Below are positions 18,125 through 27,642 of a DNA stretch of 64,000 bases, piece by piece; position 1 is the first letter of the stretch; each line of letters opens with the position of its first letter. A program made the translations under genes and the position numbers. The DNA is from Saprospiraceae bacterium. Lineage in GTDB: Bacteria > Bacteroidota > Bacteroidia > Chitinophagales > Saprospiraceae. The stretch is taken from NCBI GenBank assembly GCA_035426385.1, contig DAOLZQ010000007.1:252-64251 (forward strand), given 5' to 3'. The notes below the pieces were generated by a model. It made no database searches and had not been told where the DNA came from. It saw only the letters and a program-made list of their open reading frames with translations.

Positions 18125-18607
18125 ATGAAGAAATTGTATCTCATTCGACACGCCAAATCAGTAAAGAGTCCACTGTATGAAAAAGATTTAGAACGTCCTT
18201 TAGACTCCAGAGGCAACAAAGATGCTTATCGGATGGCATTATATTGTAAGGAGAACCTGAATGCACCTGATTTGTTTCTGTCAAGTGATTCAGTTCGTAC
18301 CATGCAGACAATGGATCCATTTGAAAGTTGTTTTCCAGACACACCAGTACGTAAAGAACATCGGATATATGATGCGCCTATGGAGCGTCTGGAAGAAATC
18401 ATTTCTGCTACTGACGAATCAGTAAATGTTTTATATGTCTTCGGACACAATCCGGGTCTACAAGAGTTGGTCAGTAAATTAATTCAGAATGCAGGTAGTT
18501 TCCCTACTTGCTCTGTAGCTGTCTTTGGCTCTGAAGGCAAGACATGGAAAGAATTCTTTGAAAAGCGCACCATGCTGATTGAATTTCTCACTCCCAAGAT
18601 CGTATGA
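18125..18607 (+). CDS. histidine phosphatase family protein (SixA-like)
   Basis: The N-terminal LYLIRHAKS (RHG-type catalytic motif), a later GHNP motif and the 160-aa length fit SixA. Confidence 0.75.
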   Translation: MKKLYLIRHAKSVKSPLYEKDLERPLDSRGNKDAYRMALYCKENLNAPDLFLSSDSVRTMQTMDPFESCFPDTPVRKEHRIYDAPMERLEEIISATDESVNVLYVFGHNPGLQELVSKLIQNAGSFPTCSVAVFGSEGKTWKEFFEKRTMLIEFLTPKIV

Positions 18608-18930
18608 CCTACAAACATTCCCGGTGGTTAATAATTTGTCTGGGATTGATTTTAATAAGTTGTCACAATACCGGAAAGAATCTTAGTAATGAAGATCTCA
18701 GGTTTTCTCGGGCTCTAGCCAATGTTTACATGGCTAATGCCGCAGCTAACTTAATTCAGCAAGGTAATAAAGACAGCTCCAGAAGAGTATTGGTAACAAA
18801 AGCGTTGGCTTTGGAGGATATGGATACACTTTACTTTAATAGCCAATTAGAGAAATACAGCAAAAACCCATCACTACTTGAAACAGTGTATGATTCAAGT
18901 ACCAAATTTATTGAAAGACAACAACGCTAA
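18604..18930 (+). CDS. hypothetical lipoprotein
   Basis: Lipobox LISC after a hydrophobic leader. There is a 4-nt ATGA overlap with the upstream gene. Confidence 0.5.
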   Translation: MTYKHSRWLIICLGLILISCHNTGKNLSNEDLRFSRALANVYMANAAANLIQQGNKDSSRRVLVTKALALEDMDTLYFNSQLEKYSKNPSLLETVYDSSTKFIERQQR

Positions 18931-19110
18931 GCCTTTGTTTATTTAGTAAGCTATCAGAATTTCACCTTATCTTAAGGTACTTTCAACTATTTAGATATCT
19001 ACGACTTACCAATTTTGTTTAAAGTTATACTTTACCTATGAGTAAGAATTGTTTTTAATCGCTAATTTGCAGCATTATAGAGTATAAGAGTCTTCTCATA
19101 AACATTCTTT

Positions 19111-19812
19111 ATGGCTAAAATCAAATCGACCCTTCCTGCAAAAGTTTTGATTGTAGATGATGAACCTGATATCCGCGAGATCATCAGTTACAATCTCACT
19201 AAGAGCGGGTTTGAGACAGAGACAGCACGAGATGGAAAGGAGGCACTCCTTAAATTAACTTCCTATCGGCCAGATTTAATTTTGCTAGATGTAATGATGC
19301 CAAATATGGATGGAATAAATGTCTGTCGCACCATACGTGAAGATCACCAATATGATAATATGTTGATAGCCTTTCTGACCGCAAGAGGCGAAGATTACAC
19401 TCAAGAAACAGCCCTCGATAATGGCGCAGATGACTTCATAATAAAGCCAATAAAGCCAAATTTGCTCGTCGCTCGAGTTAAAGCTTTACTTCGAAGAGCT
19501 TCCAGCATTGGTCCTCCTGAAGATACCCACACTATCGAAATAGGCAATTTACAAATAGATAAAGAACAGTTCACAGTGAAAGTAGATGGAAAGACTATAG
19601 ACCTGGCGAACAAAGAGTTTCAGTTGCTATTGCTTATGGCTTCTAAACCGGGGAAAGTTTTCACACGCGAAGAAATATTCCGTAAGATATGGGGTAATGA
19701 AGTTATGGTGGGATACAGAACCATTGACGTCCACATCAGAAAGGTACGAGAGAAATTGGGAGAAAATATAATCAGAACTATTAAGGGAATGGGATACAAG
19801 CTCAATCTATAG
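19111..19812 (+). CDS. OmpR/PhoB-family response regulator
   Basis: Receiver domain (VLIVDDEPD, phospho-acceptor LILLDVMMP) plus a winged-helix C-terminus (YRTIDVHIRKVREKL). Confidence 0.9.
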   Translation: MAKIKSTLPAKVLIVDDEPDIREIISYNLTKSGFETETARDGKEALLKLTSYRPDLILLDVMMPNMDGINVCRTIREDHQYDNMLIAFLTARGEDYTQETALDNGADDFIIKPIKPNLLVARVKALLRRASSIGPPEDTHTIEIGNLQIDKEQFTVKVDGKTIDLANKEFQLLLLMASKPGKVFTREEIFRKIWGNEVMVGYRTIDVHIRKVREKLGENIIRTIKGMGYKLNL

Positions 19813-19886
19813 GGCCTGACATTAGCTGTTCTATCATTTTAAAGTTTACTTTTAAAATGATATTTAATCAATTGATTATATATTAG

Positions 19887-19894
19887 TATTTTTG
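19887..19894 (+). promoter_or_regulatory. possible -7 box TATTTTTG immediately upstream of kinase gene
   Basis: Exact TAnnTTTG, but only 5 nt from the ATG at 19900. It may be coincidental, or it may imply a leaderless transcript. Confidence 0.2.
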
Positions 19895-19899
19895 CAACT

Positions 19900-20958
19900 A
19901 TGTTCAAAAATATCACACCTCGTCAGGTCGCCATCTATTGTACTACTCTAATCGTATTTCTTGAGATCCTGGTACTGATGTTAATATTCTTGTTTACGAA
20001 ACCAGATTATCCGATTCCAATTATAATCATCTTTTCACTCTGCTCGTGGGTACTTTGTTTTCTAATCACTAACTATTTCATTAGTCGATATGTATATCGT
20101 AGGATTAAGCCCATTTACAAAATTATCCATGATAAGAAAGTAAGTACGCAGCAATCCATGTTTGATGATGATCAGGCAGATGTTTTCAACATGGTTGACG
20201 AGGATGTATCCAGCTGGGCTGAAGAAAAGCAAAAAACGATAGAGCATCTGAGACTTTTGGAGAATTATCGTCGTGATTTTCTGGGTAATGTATCACATGA
20301 GTTGAAGACACCGATATTTAACATCCAGGGGTTCCTGCATACTTTGATCGATGGTGCTTTGGAAGATAAGGATTTAACTGTAAAATATCTGCATAGAGCA
20401 TCATCCAATGTAGACAGACTTCAGACTATCGTAGAAAATCTAGAATCGATATCTGCACTGGAATTGGGAGCCACTGTACTTACCACCGAAAAATTCGACA
20501 TTCGTAAATTAACTGAAGAAGTATTTGATCACCTAGAACTAAAAGCCCGTGCCAAGCATATAAAGTTGATTCTAAAAGATGGAGCAGATCAGCCATATAA
20601 AGTAGTAGGAGACAAAGAATATATCAGACAGGCACTAACCAATCTTGTTGCGAATTCGATCAAGTATGGTAAAGATGGTGGGAAGACCCGGGTGGGATTC
20701 TATGATATGGCTACTTACTTACTTGTAGAAGTAGCAGATAATGGTATAGGAATAGAGCATCAGCATCTCAATCATGTCTTTGACCGATTTTACCGCGTCG
20801 ATACCGGAAGAAGTCGCACCGAAGGAGGCTCAGGACTGGGACTGTCTATCGTAAAGCACATAATGGAGGCACATCAACAGACCATCAATATTCGGAGTAC
20901 GCCGGGTGAAGGAAGCACTTTCGGATTTACACTCCAACTCTCATCGGGAAAAATCTAA
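19900..20958 (+). CDS. sensor histidine kinase (HisKA + HATPase_c)
   Basis: Two TM helices, H-box NVSHELKTP, N-box LTNLVANSIKY, G1 DNGIGI and G2 GGSGLGLSI. Confidence 0.9.
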   Translation: MFKNITPRQVAIYCTTLIVFLEILVLMLIFLFTKPDYPIPIIIIFSLCSWVLCFLITNYFISRYVYRRIKPIYKIIHDKKVSTQQSMFDDDQADVFNMVDEDVSSWAEEKQKTIEHLRLLENYRRDFLGNVSHELKTPIFNIQGFLHTLIDGALEDKDLTVKYLHRASSNVDRLQTIVENLESISALELGATVLTTEKFDIRKLTEEVFDHLELKARAKHIKLILKDGADQPYKVVGDKEYIRQALTNLVANSIKYGKDGGKTRVGFYDMATYLLVEVADNGIGIEHQHLNHVFDRFYRVDTGRSRTEGGSGLGLSIVKHIMEAHQQTINIRSTPGEGSTFGFTLQLSSGKI

Positions 20959-23528
20959 TCAGGATAGCTGACCACGATTGACGTTTTGTCTTTTCGAATG
21001 GAGCCGTCAGGATGAAGGAAACTGACCTCTATGATATAAATGCCGGCCATCACTTTTTGATTTTGATCATTATCACCCTCCCAGACAAAATATCCCGAAG
21101 CACCTGTGAGTTCTGTCTGACCGTTAGACTTGACTTGTCTACCTCTGGCATCATAGACGCGCCAGGTTAGTTTATAGCCGCCTTTGTCCAACTGATATCC
21201 CACTAATAATTGATCTAAGTATCCGTCGCCATTGGGTGAAAGGTACTCCTGCTGTACATCAAGTATAGAAGTATTGGCTGAAATGTTCCTGGTCTGTGAG
21301 TTTTGTCCCGTAGGTGTTCCTTTCAATGAGGTAGAGGCCGACTGCCAGGTCGATCTGTCAGTCGAACTGAGTGCAGGTGATAAACGCTCCAGTGAAATAC
21401 CCTTTGTGTTTTTGATAAAGCTATTGTGCATTTTCTGATCGTAATCCATTGAGTCTAGCAGAATGGCAGCGGCATCGTTACCATAGAATAAACTCACATT
21501 TCCTTTGTCCTGATTGAAAGCTGGAAGCTTAGTAAGCTGTACTAGGTTGGTAGGCTTGGGTACCACGTATTGGGCCAAGATAAAATCTCTATCTGCAGTA
21601 AATACCACCAACTCTTTTGGTTGTATATATATATTCCTACCTATTGAGACAGCTTCACTTTTTTGTGTATTCCTGATGCTCAGCGGGGCTAAATCGATAA
21701 TACGCTCGCCTGTATTGAGAATCTCTACATAATCAGAACCGCCGGTCAATGGATCGAACAGGATTTCATTGATCAATAATTCCCCCGGCGTCGGCGCTTC
21801 AAAACGACCAAAGCAAATAGTATCCATTTTATAGAGGACACTACCGATACAGTTCACCGGTTGATCGATATATATGCAGTTCAACTGATTCGCAGGGGGA
21901 TTCTCCACAAACTTCAACTCTGCGCAGCTTGAAATTCCTGTTGTAACCAAATTATAACTTAGATTCTGATCATTACTAAAAGCACTTCGTGTAGCAGCAG
22001 CATCAAAATCCAGAGTCTCATTGAAGCATATTTGCAACGATCCCAATGAATCAGTATAATATGAGCGGACCAATGGCAAGTCGAGCTCTGTGCTATTCAG
22101 AGAATTAACTCTGCCTGGTGTGCCCCCCGACAGATTGATTGAAGCCTTGAAAGGATCTTGCAAGCACAATGCACCTTCGCCTGATAATTCCAGTGTCCAG
22201 CCACCTTCTTTCTTGGTATCATCCCGATATGATTTATCTGTAAAGGACACCATATGGATGACAGTGCCTGATGTGGATTTAATTGAGAAAGAATTTCCTG
22301 TATTATTTATGGACGGAAAAGAAGGCACCCCAATAGCATTCGAATAAGCGGAAAATAGAGGGAGGCTTCCGGTTGAGGTAAGTATAACATAACTATCCGC
22401 CGATAATTCATAAGCAGGCAGAGCAATGGCTGTGGTCTCCTTGAGAAGCTGCAATTGATTTAGATTGATAGGTGAATCACTGCGATTATATAGCTCTATG
22501 AATTCAGCATTTGGCAGTGCAACCTGTGGAGTTGGATCAGCCATGATTTCATTTATGAGTACGTCAAATGGATGAATAGTCTGTAGAGACAGTATGACTT
22601 TAATTTGAGTTTTGATTAAAATATTTCCGACCTTATCAGAAATATCTTTGATAATTAAAAAATATGGCTGGTTTGGGATAAGCGGATTTGCCGGAAAAAG
22701 AGATATAATATTGTCCTGGGTTGAAATATCTTCAAAAGGTACCTGATTCCCCATTAAATTGAGCAGTAGAAAATTAGAAGTATCTAAAGTTGCCAGTGGT
22801 TCATCAAAGACAAGTGTGATCCGAGAATCTATATCCACCGTTGAAGAGACCAGTTCAGGAGGTTTTGTATCTCTGATGATTCGATTGATATAGATATTAT
22901 CAAAAGTATAATTCTTAATATTTGAGACGGTGTACTCCATTGAGCAGCCGAAGTATGTATCTTCACCTGTACTCCAAGTGGGCACTTCAGTCTCCAGGAT
23001 AGGAATAGTAGTATTCGACAGATCGGTAAAAGTAATCGTGATCAAGTGATCAATTATATTACAAGTCAGAGTTCCTGCAGGTTTAGTCGCAAAGACTCCA
23101 TCTCCACCACGCGCCAAAAGTGTCTCCATGCCATCCACTACAGCAATAAGCTGTATACCATCATTGCTACCCGTCTCTCCGATACGGAGCAGGATTGCAT
23201 TCTTTCCCTTGAGTGAGGCTGAGTCACTTTGAAGGCAGATTTCAAGATAATTTTGAGTAGAAGGAGAGAAATTTAGTTTTAAAAAGCACTGCAACTGCAT
23301 CGAATCAGTATAGTTTACAATAGTCGAAAAATAACTTCTTCCAGCTGCCGGAGCATTCAGAATAGCTTGTTTTTCAGCATTTATAATAAAATGCGTGGTC
23401 GTTCCCATCCACAGGCCGGAGGTATTGAACTCAGGTCCGTCAAAATTTTCCACCACCTGAGCTTGTGATACAGAGCTCCACCAGAGTATAATACCCAAGA
23501 TCCCTGCAATAACTCTGACTAAATTCAT
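20955..23528 (-). CDS. large secreted protein with two lamin-tail-domain (LTD)-like modules and an SPNGDG-type (T9SS type B / FlgD-Ig-like) C-terminal domain
   Basis: Signal peptide. LINEIMADPTP...IELYN and LLINEILFDPLTGGSDYVEILNTG resemble LTD signatures. The C-terminus is YLSPNGDGYLD...GIYIIEVSF. Confidence 0.6.
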   Translation of the reverse strand: MNLVRVIAGILGIILWWSSVSQAQVVENFDGPEFNTSGLWMGTTTHFIINAEKQAILNAPAAGRSYFSTIVNYTDSMQLQCFLKLNFSPSTQNYLEICLQSDSASLKGKNAILLRIGETGSNDGIQLIAVVDGMETLLARGGDGVFATKPAGTLTCNIIDHLITITFTDLSNTTIPILETEVPTWSTGEDTYFGCSMEYTVSNIKNYTFDNIYINRIIRDTKPPELVSSTVDIDSRITLVFDEPLATLDTSNFLLLNLMGNQVPFEDISTQDNIISLFPANPLIPNQPYFLIIKDISDKVGNILIKTQIKVILSLQTIHPFDVLINEIMADPTPQVALPNAEFIELYNRSDSPINLNQLQLLKETTAIALPAYELSADSYVILTSTGSLPLFSAYSNAIGVPSFPSINNTGNSFSIKSTSGTVIHMVSFTDKSYRDDTKKEGGWTLELSGEGALCLQDPFKASINLSGGTPGRVNSLNSTELDLPLVRSYYTDSLGSLQICFNETLDFDAAATRSAFSNDQNLSYNLVTTGISSCAELKFVENPPANQLNCIYIDQPVNCIGSVLYKMDTICFGRFEAPTPGELLINEILFDPLTGGSDYVEILNTGERIIDLAPLSIRNTQKSEAVSIGRNIYIQPKELVVFTADRDFILAQYVVPKPTNLVQLTKLPAFNQDKGNVSLFYGNDAAAILLDSMDYDQKMHNSFIKNTKGISLERLSPALSSTDRSTWQSASTSLKGTPTGQNSQTRNISANTSILDVQQEYLSPNGDGYLDQLLVGYQLDKGGYKLTWRVYDARGRQVKSNGQTELTGASGYFVWEGDNDQNQKVMAGIYIIEVSFLHPDGSIRKDKTSIVVSYPD

Positions 23529-23539
23529 AGGACTTAATT

Positions 23540-23547
23540 TATATTTG
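23540..23547 (+). promoter_or_regulatory. -7 promoter box TATATTTG for asd
   Basis: Exact TAnnTTTG, 37 nt upstream of the ATG at 23585. Confidence 0.45.
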
Positions 23548-23584
23548 TGCCAATTCTAAAATTAAAATTAAATAAAAATATCAA

Positions 23585-24580
23585 ATGAAGGTCGCAGTCT
23601 GTGGAGTAACCGGAATGGTAGGTACTGTCATGTGTAAGATTTTGGAAGAAAGGAATTTTCCTGTAACTGAGTTTCTTCCTGTTGCTTCAGATAGATCTGT
23701 CGGTAAAGAGGTATTTTTCAGAGGGAAACCTTATAAAGTAATCAGCATGACTGATGCTGTTGATGCACGACCTGACATCGCCTTATTTTCCGCAGGTGGA
23801 AATACCTCATTGGAGTGGGCACCACGGTTTGCAGCAGTGGGTACCTACGTGATCGACAACTCTTCAGCCTGGCGGATGGACCCTGATAAACCACTTGTAA
23901 TTCCAGAAGTCAATGGTGAATCTTTGACTGCTGATGATAGATTAATAGCTAATCCAAATTGCTCAACTGTCCAACTTGTAATGGTGCTCAAACCCTTACA
24001 AGATCGATATGGTCTTAACCGCATTGTGGTTTCTACCTACCAATCAGTGACAGGTACCGGAGTAAAAGCGGTAAAGCAAATGGAAGATGAACGAGCGGGG
24101 ATCTCAGGAGAGAAAGTGTATCCATATGATATAGATCTAAATATCATTCCTCAGATAGATGTATTCCTGGACAATAATTATACTAAAGAGGAAATGAAAA
24201 TCGTCAATGAGACTAGAAAGATCTTAAATGATGATTCAATATCCATTACAGCTACTGCAGTTCGGATCCCGGTCATCGGAGGTCACAGTGAATCAGTTAA
24301 TATTGAACTAAATTCTGAATTTGACATTAAAGAATTGATATATTTGATTGATTCTTTCGATGGAGTAAGCGTAGTGGACAATCCTCAAATGATGGAATAT
24401 CCGATGCCGAAGACCGCACATGAAAAAGATGAAGTTTTTGTGGGACGCATCAGAAGAGATGAATCAAAGGCAAATACTTTGAATTTGTGGATAGTATCCG
24501 ATAATCTTAGAAAGGGAGCAGCTACTAATGCAATACAAATAGCAGAGTTGCTGTTGAGAAAAGGTATATTAAAGGCGTGA
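23585..24580 (+). CDS. asd: aspartate-semialdehyde dehydrogenase
   Basis: N-terminal GVTGMVG Rossmann motif, active-site NPNCST and SDNLRKGAATNA near the C-terminus. Confidence 0.9.
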   Translation: MKVAVCGVTGMVGTVMCKILEERNFPVTEFLPVASDRSVGKEVFFRGKPYKVISMTDAVDARPDIALFSAGGNTSLEWAPRFAAVGTYVIDNSSAWRMDPDKPLVIPEVNGESLTADDRLIANPNCSTVQLVMVLKPLQDRYGLNRIVVSTYQSVTGTGVKAVKQMEDERAGISGEKVYPYDIDLNIIPQIDVFLDNNYTKEEMKIVNETRKILNDDSISITATAVRIPVIGGHSESVNIELNSEFDIKELIYLIDSFDGVSVVDNPQMMEYPMPKTAHEKDEVFVGRIRRDESKANTLNLWIVSDNLRKGAATNAIQIAELLLRKGILKA

Positions 24581-24671
24581 AATGTCCAAGAAGAGACAAA
24601 TTGGAATATTTTCCACCTTTAATTTGTTATGATTTAAAATTACTAATGTTTAATCTGAAACTTTTATACGT

Positions 24672-26351
24672 ATGAAATCTAGAGTGATTGTTTGGGGCAG
24701 AGATAGTGAGCAGCATAAAGTACTATTGGCACTTATGTTGAATCCTGTGGAGAATAAAATACAAGTCTTATCCTTTCCCGAAGATGTAGTAACCGCTGAG
24801 TTTGAAAATCTGCTAAACAACGAATGGAAAGCAGAGCATGAAATGACATTCCCAGAAGGCTATAAACAGATGGAAGTCGAGTTGACTGCTGCCGGCAGTA
24901 TTTTGCCTGAGGGATATTCTACCGATCAGGAGGATTTAATCAATCGTACTCAGACCGAATGGCAGTTCAGGGTGCTTTCTACCAGACTAAGTGAAAACTA
25001 TAAGTCAGAACTAGAAATGATGAAGGACAAGATCGGATCAGTTACTCAATATGAGCAGTCATTATGGAATGAATTAAAAGGTGTTTGGGAAAAAATTCAA
25101 AATCAAATCCGTGAGAAATTCCTCTTACCTGAGCATATAGATCATTTGAGAAGCTCCACAAATGAGTTGTTTGGCCAACTGAAGGAAAAAAGAAAAGACC
25201 TGGATAAAGTATTCAATGATAAGTCCACCCAATTTAAAGACGAGTTTTTCGAGGCAATAGATTCAATAGAGGAAAGATTAAATAAGGGACTAAGTTTCCA
25301 ACCCATCTTCGAAGAACTGAAACAGATTCAACAACGCTTTAATCAAACTAAATTTAGCAATCCTGATAGAAGGTCAGTTTGGAATAAACTAGATGGTGCT
25401 TTTAAAATACTGAAGGAGAAAAGGTATGGAAAGCAATCTGAAGGGACTCAAAACAATGCATTAGATAGGCTTAACAAACGATATGAAGGTTTGCTAGGTG
25501 CAATCAAAAAGATGGAAAAATCCATCCAATATGACGAAAAAGAACTTGATTTTCAGAGTAAGCGCTCTGATGATTTCAGCGGTCAGCTAGAGGTTCAGAT
25601 CAGACAAGCCAAAATAAAAATGACAGAGGAACGGGTCAACTCCAAAAAGGAAAAGCTGGCTGAGATGGTGCGTACAAAAGAAGAGCTGGAAGGCAAACAA
25701 GAAAGAATACAACAAAATGAAAAGGCACGAGCTGAAAAAGATACCGCTAAGAAAGCCGCCGAAGAATTAGTAGCGGCACAAATAGCAGCGGCAAGCGCTG
25801 CTAGAGCCGAAAATGAAAACGAACTGGAAGAGAAAGCCAGAATGATTACTGAATCAAAAAAACCGTTTGCAGAGCCGGAAAAATTAATAGAGGCTGCTGC
25901 AGAACCAAAATTAATTGAAAGCCCGGAAGTAGATCAGAATGCCTCTTCAGAAGAAAAGGTCGAAGCTACTGTAGATCAGAGCAATCCTAATATAAGTAAT
26001 GCGGAATTAGATATAGCAGATGATGTAGCAACATCAAATGAAGCACAAATAGAGGAAGAGAAAATGAGTTCAGCATCTACCGGACCATTGGCGGATGAGG
26101 AGCTCCAAAATGAATCTGCTCCTATAGCTGAATCCCCAATAACTTCTGAGGCCGGTGATGAGTCAATTGAAGCAAGTACTCCTCAGGAAAACTCTTCAGA
26201 GGCATCCGCAGAAGGTGAAAACACCTTCATGGAGAATGTGACCCATTCAGTAGAAGATGCCATAGACACCGTCAAGGCCGTAGCGTCAGTACTTGGAGAT
26301 AAGTTAGATGATATGCTGGAAAGGTTTACCGATAAAAAAGAGGAAGAATAG
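24672..26351 (+). CDS. hypothetical coiled-coil protein with strongly acidic C-terminal tail
   Basis: 559 aa. The N-half has repeated helical W/F-containing segments (SLWNELKGVWEKIQ, RRSVWNKLDGAFKILKEK), possibly DUF349-like. There is a central K/E coiled coil and an E/D/S-rich tail. Confidence 0.5.
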   Translation: MKSRVIVWGRDSEQHKVLLALMLNPVENKIQVLSFPEDVVTAEFENLLNNEWKAEHEMTFPEGYKQMEVELTAAGSILPEGYSTDQEDLINRTQTEWQFRVLSTRLSENYKSELEMMKDKIGSVTQYEQSLWNELKGVWEKIQNQIREKFLLPEHIDHLRSSTNELFGQLKEKRKDLDKVFNDKSTQFKDEFFEAIDSIEERLNKGLSFQPIFEELKQIQQRFNQTKFSNPDRRSVWNKLDGAFKILKEKRYGKQSEGTQNNALDRLNKRYEGLLGAIKKMEKSIQYDEKELDFQSKRSDDFSGQLEVQIRQAKIKMTEERVNSKKEKLAEMVRTKEELEGKQERIQQNEKARAEKDTAKKAAEELVAAQIAAASAARAENENELEEKARMITESKKPFAEPEKLIEAAAEPKLIESPEVDQNASSEEKVEATVDQSNPNISNAELDIADDVATSNEAQIEEEKMSSASTGPLADEELQNESAPIAESPITSEAGDESIEASTPQENSSEASAEGENTFMENVTHSVEDAIDTVKAVASVLGDKLDDMLERFTDKKEEE

Positions 26352-26447
26352 TTTTTGTAAACATTTATTATAATTTCTCCTTTACCTAAGGCAATATTTA
26401 AAATTTACTATGCTTTGCATTGGAAATAAATAGCATCAACAATTTAC

Positions 26448-27563
26448 ATGAAGAAAGAAATAAGGATTGGATTACTGGCTGCATTGGCTATCACCATATT
26501 AATCGGTGGTTTTAAATTTTTAAAAGGGAAAGATGTATTCAATCGAAATCAGACCTTCCTAGTAGAATACAAAGATGCGAATAATGTTACGGTAAGTACT
26601 CCGGTCTATATCCATGGTTTTCAGGTAGGTATTATTAAGGACATCTATTTAAGTCCAAAAAACATGGAATCCATTATTATTGAGCTGGAAGTAGCAAAAA
26701 ATATAAAAGTTCCAAAGTGGGCCGTAGCTGAGATAATAGATGTAGGTCTGATGGGTAATAAGGCGGTAAATCTTCAGTTTAAAGGGATGTGCCAGGGAAA
26801 TGACTGTGCAAATTCGGGAGATTATCTTGTAGGTAGAACTAGGGGGATGCTATCTTCAATCATTGGTGATCCTGATGAGTTAGACCTATATATGAGGCAA
26901 CTGAAGGTGGGAATATCCGGGATATTAGATACTGTAAATTATTACTTTAAGAATGCAGATAAGAGTACTGGACTTGGTCTTGCTGTAAACAACATTCAAA
27001 ATACACTTCAAAATCTGGAAAAGATCACCAACCAATTCAATATTCTGCTACAAGCATCAAATAAGCAGTTGCAGGGTACTTTTAGTAATTTGAACTCAAT
27101 CACCGGCAATATCAATTCAAAAAATAAAGAAATCTCAGACTTACTCAGTAATCTTAATGACATCTCCGTTCAAATAAAGGGTGCTGAGATAGATAAGACA
27201 CTGGGCGTGGCGCGCACGACACTCACCTCAGCCAATGACCGCATTGAAGATCTAGATAAGACAATCAATGAAGCAAATGAGGCCATAAATAAAATATCCA
27301 GGATAGTCACCAAGGTGGATAATGGTTCGGGCTCACTTGGAAAGCTCATTAATGACAATGATCTTTACAATAACATCGAAAGACTTTCAAAGCAAGCTGA
27401 CCTTTTGGTGCAAGATCTCCGTTTGAATCCAAAGCGGTATGTTAATGTCTCTATAATAGGACGCAAACAAAAGACTTATACCCTACCAGCCAATGACCCC
27501 GCCGAAAAAGTACTCCAAATTACTACTGAACCAGATTCTACAAAAATCTCACCTGAAAATTAA
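26448..27563 (+). CDS. MlaD/MCE-domain protein
   Basis: Single N-terminal TM helix, then an MCE domain (VEYKDANNVTVSTPVYIHGFQVGIIKDIYL) and a long helical C-terminus. Confidence 0.75.
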   Translation: MKKEIRIGLLAALAITILIGGFKFLKGKDVFNRNQTFLVEYKDANNVTVSTPVYIHGFQVGIIKDIYLSPKNMESIIIELEVAKNIKVPKWAVAEIIDVGLMGNKAVNLQFKGMCQGNDCANSGDYLVGRTRGMLSSIIGDPDELDLYMRQLKVGISGILDTVNYYFKNADKSTGLGLAVNNIQNTLQNLEKITNQFNILLQASNKQLQGTFSNLNSITGNINSKNKEISDLLSNLNDISVQIKGAEIDKTLGVARTTLTSANDRIEDLDKTINEANEAINKISRIVTKVDNGSGSLGKLINDNDLYNNIERLSKQADLLVQDLRLNPKRYVNVSIIGRKQKTYTLPANDPAEKVLQITTEPDSTKISPEN

Positions 27564-27627
27564 TTTCATTTAAGGTATACTTTTGGTCGGGATAGTCGTT
27601 TATAACCCGAATGTCATTACAGAACAT

Positions 27628-27635
27628 TATCTTTG
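27628..27635 (+). promoter_or_regulatory. -7 promoter box TATCTTTG for bamD
   Basis: Exact TAnnTTTG, 7 nt upstream of the ATG at 27643. It lies inside the longer track ORF that starts at 27583. Confidence 0.4.
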
Positions 27636-27642
27636 CGCCCTT

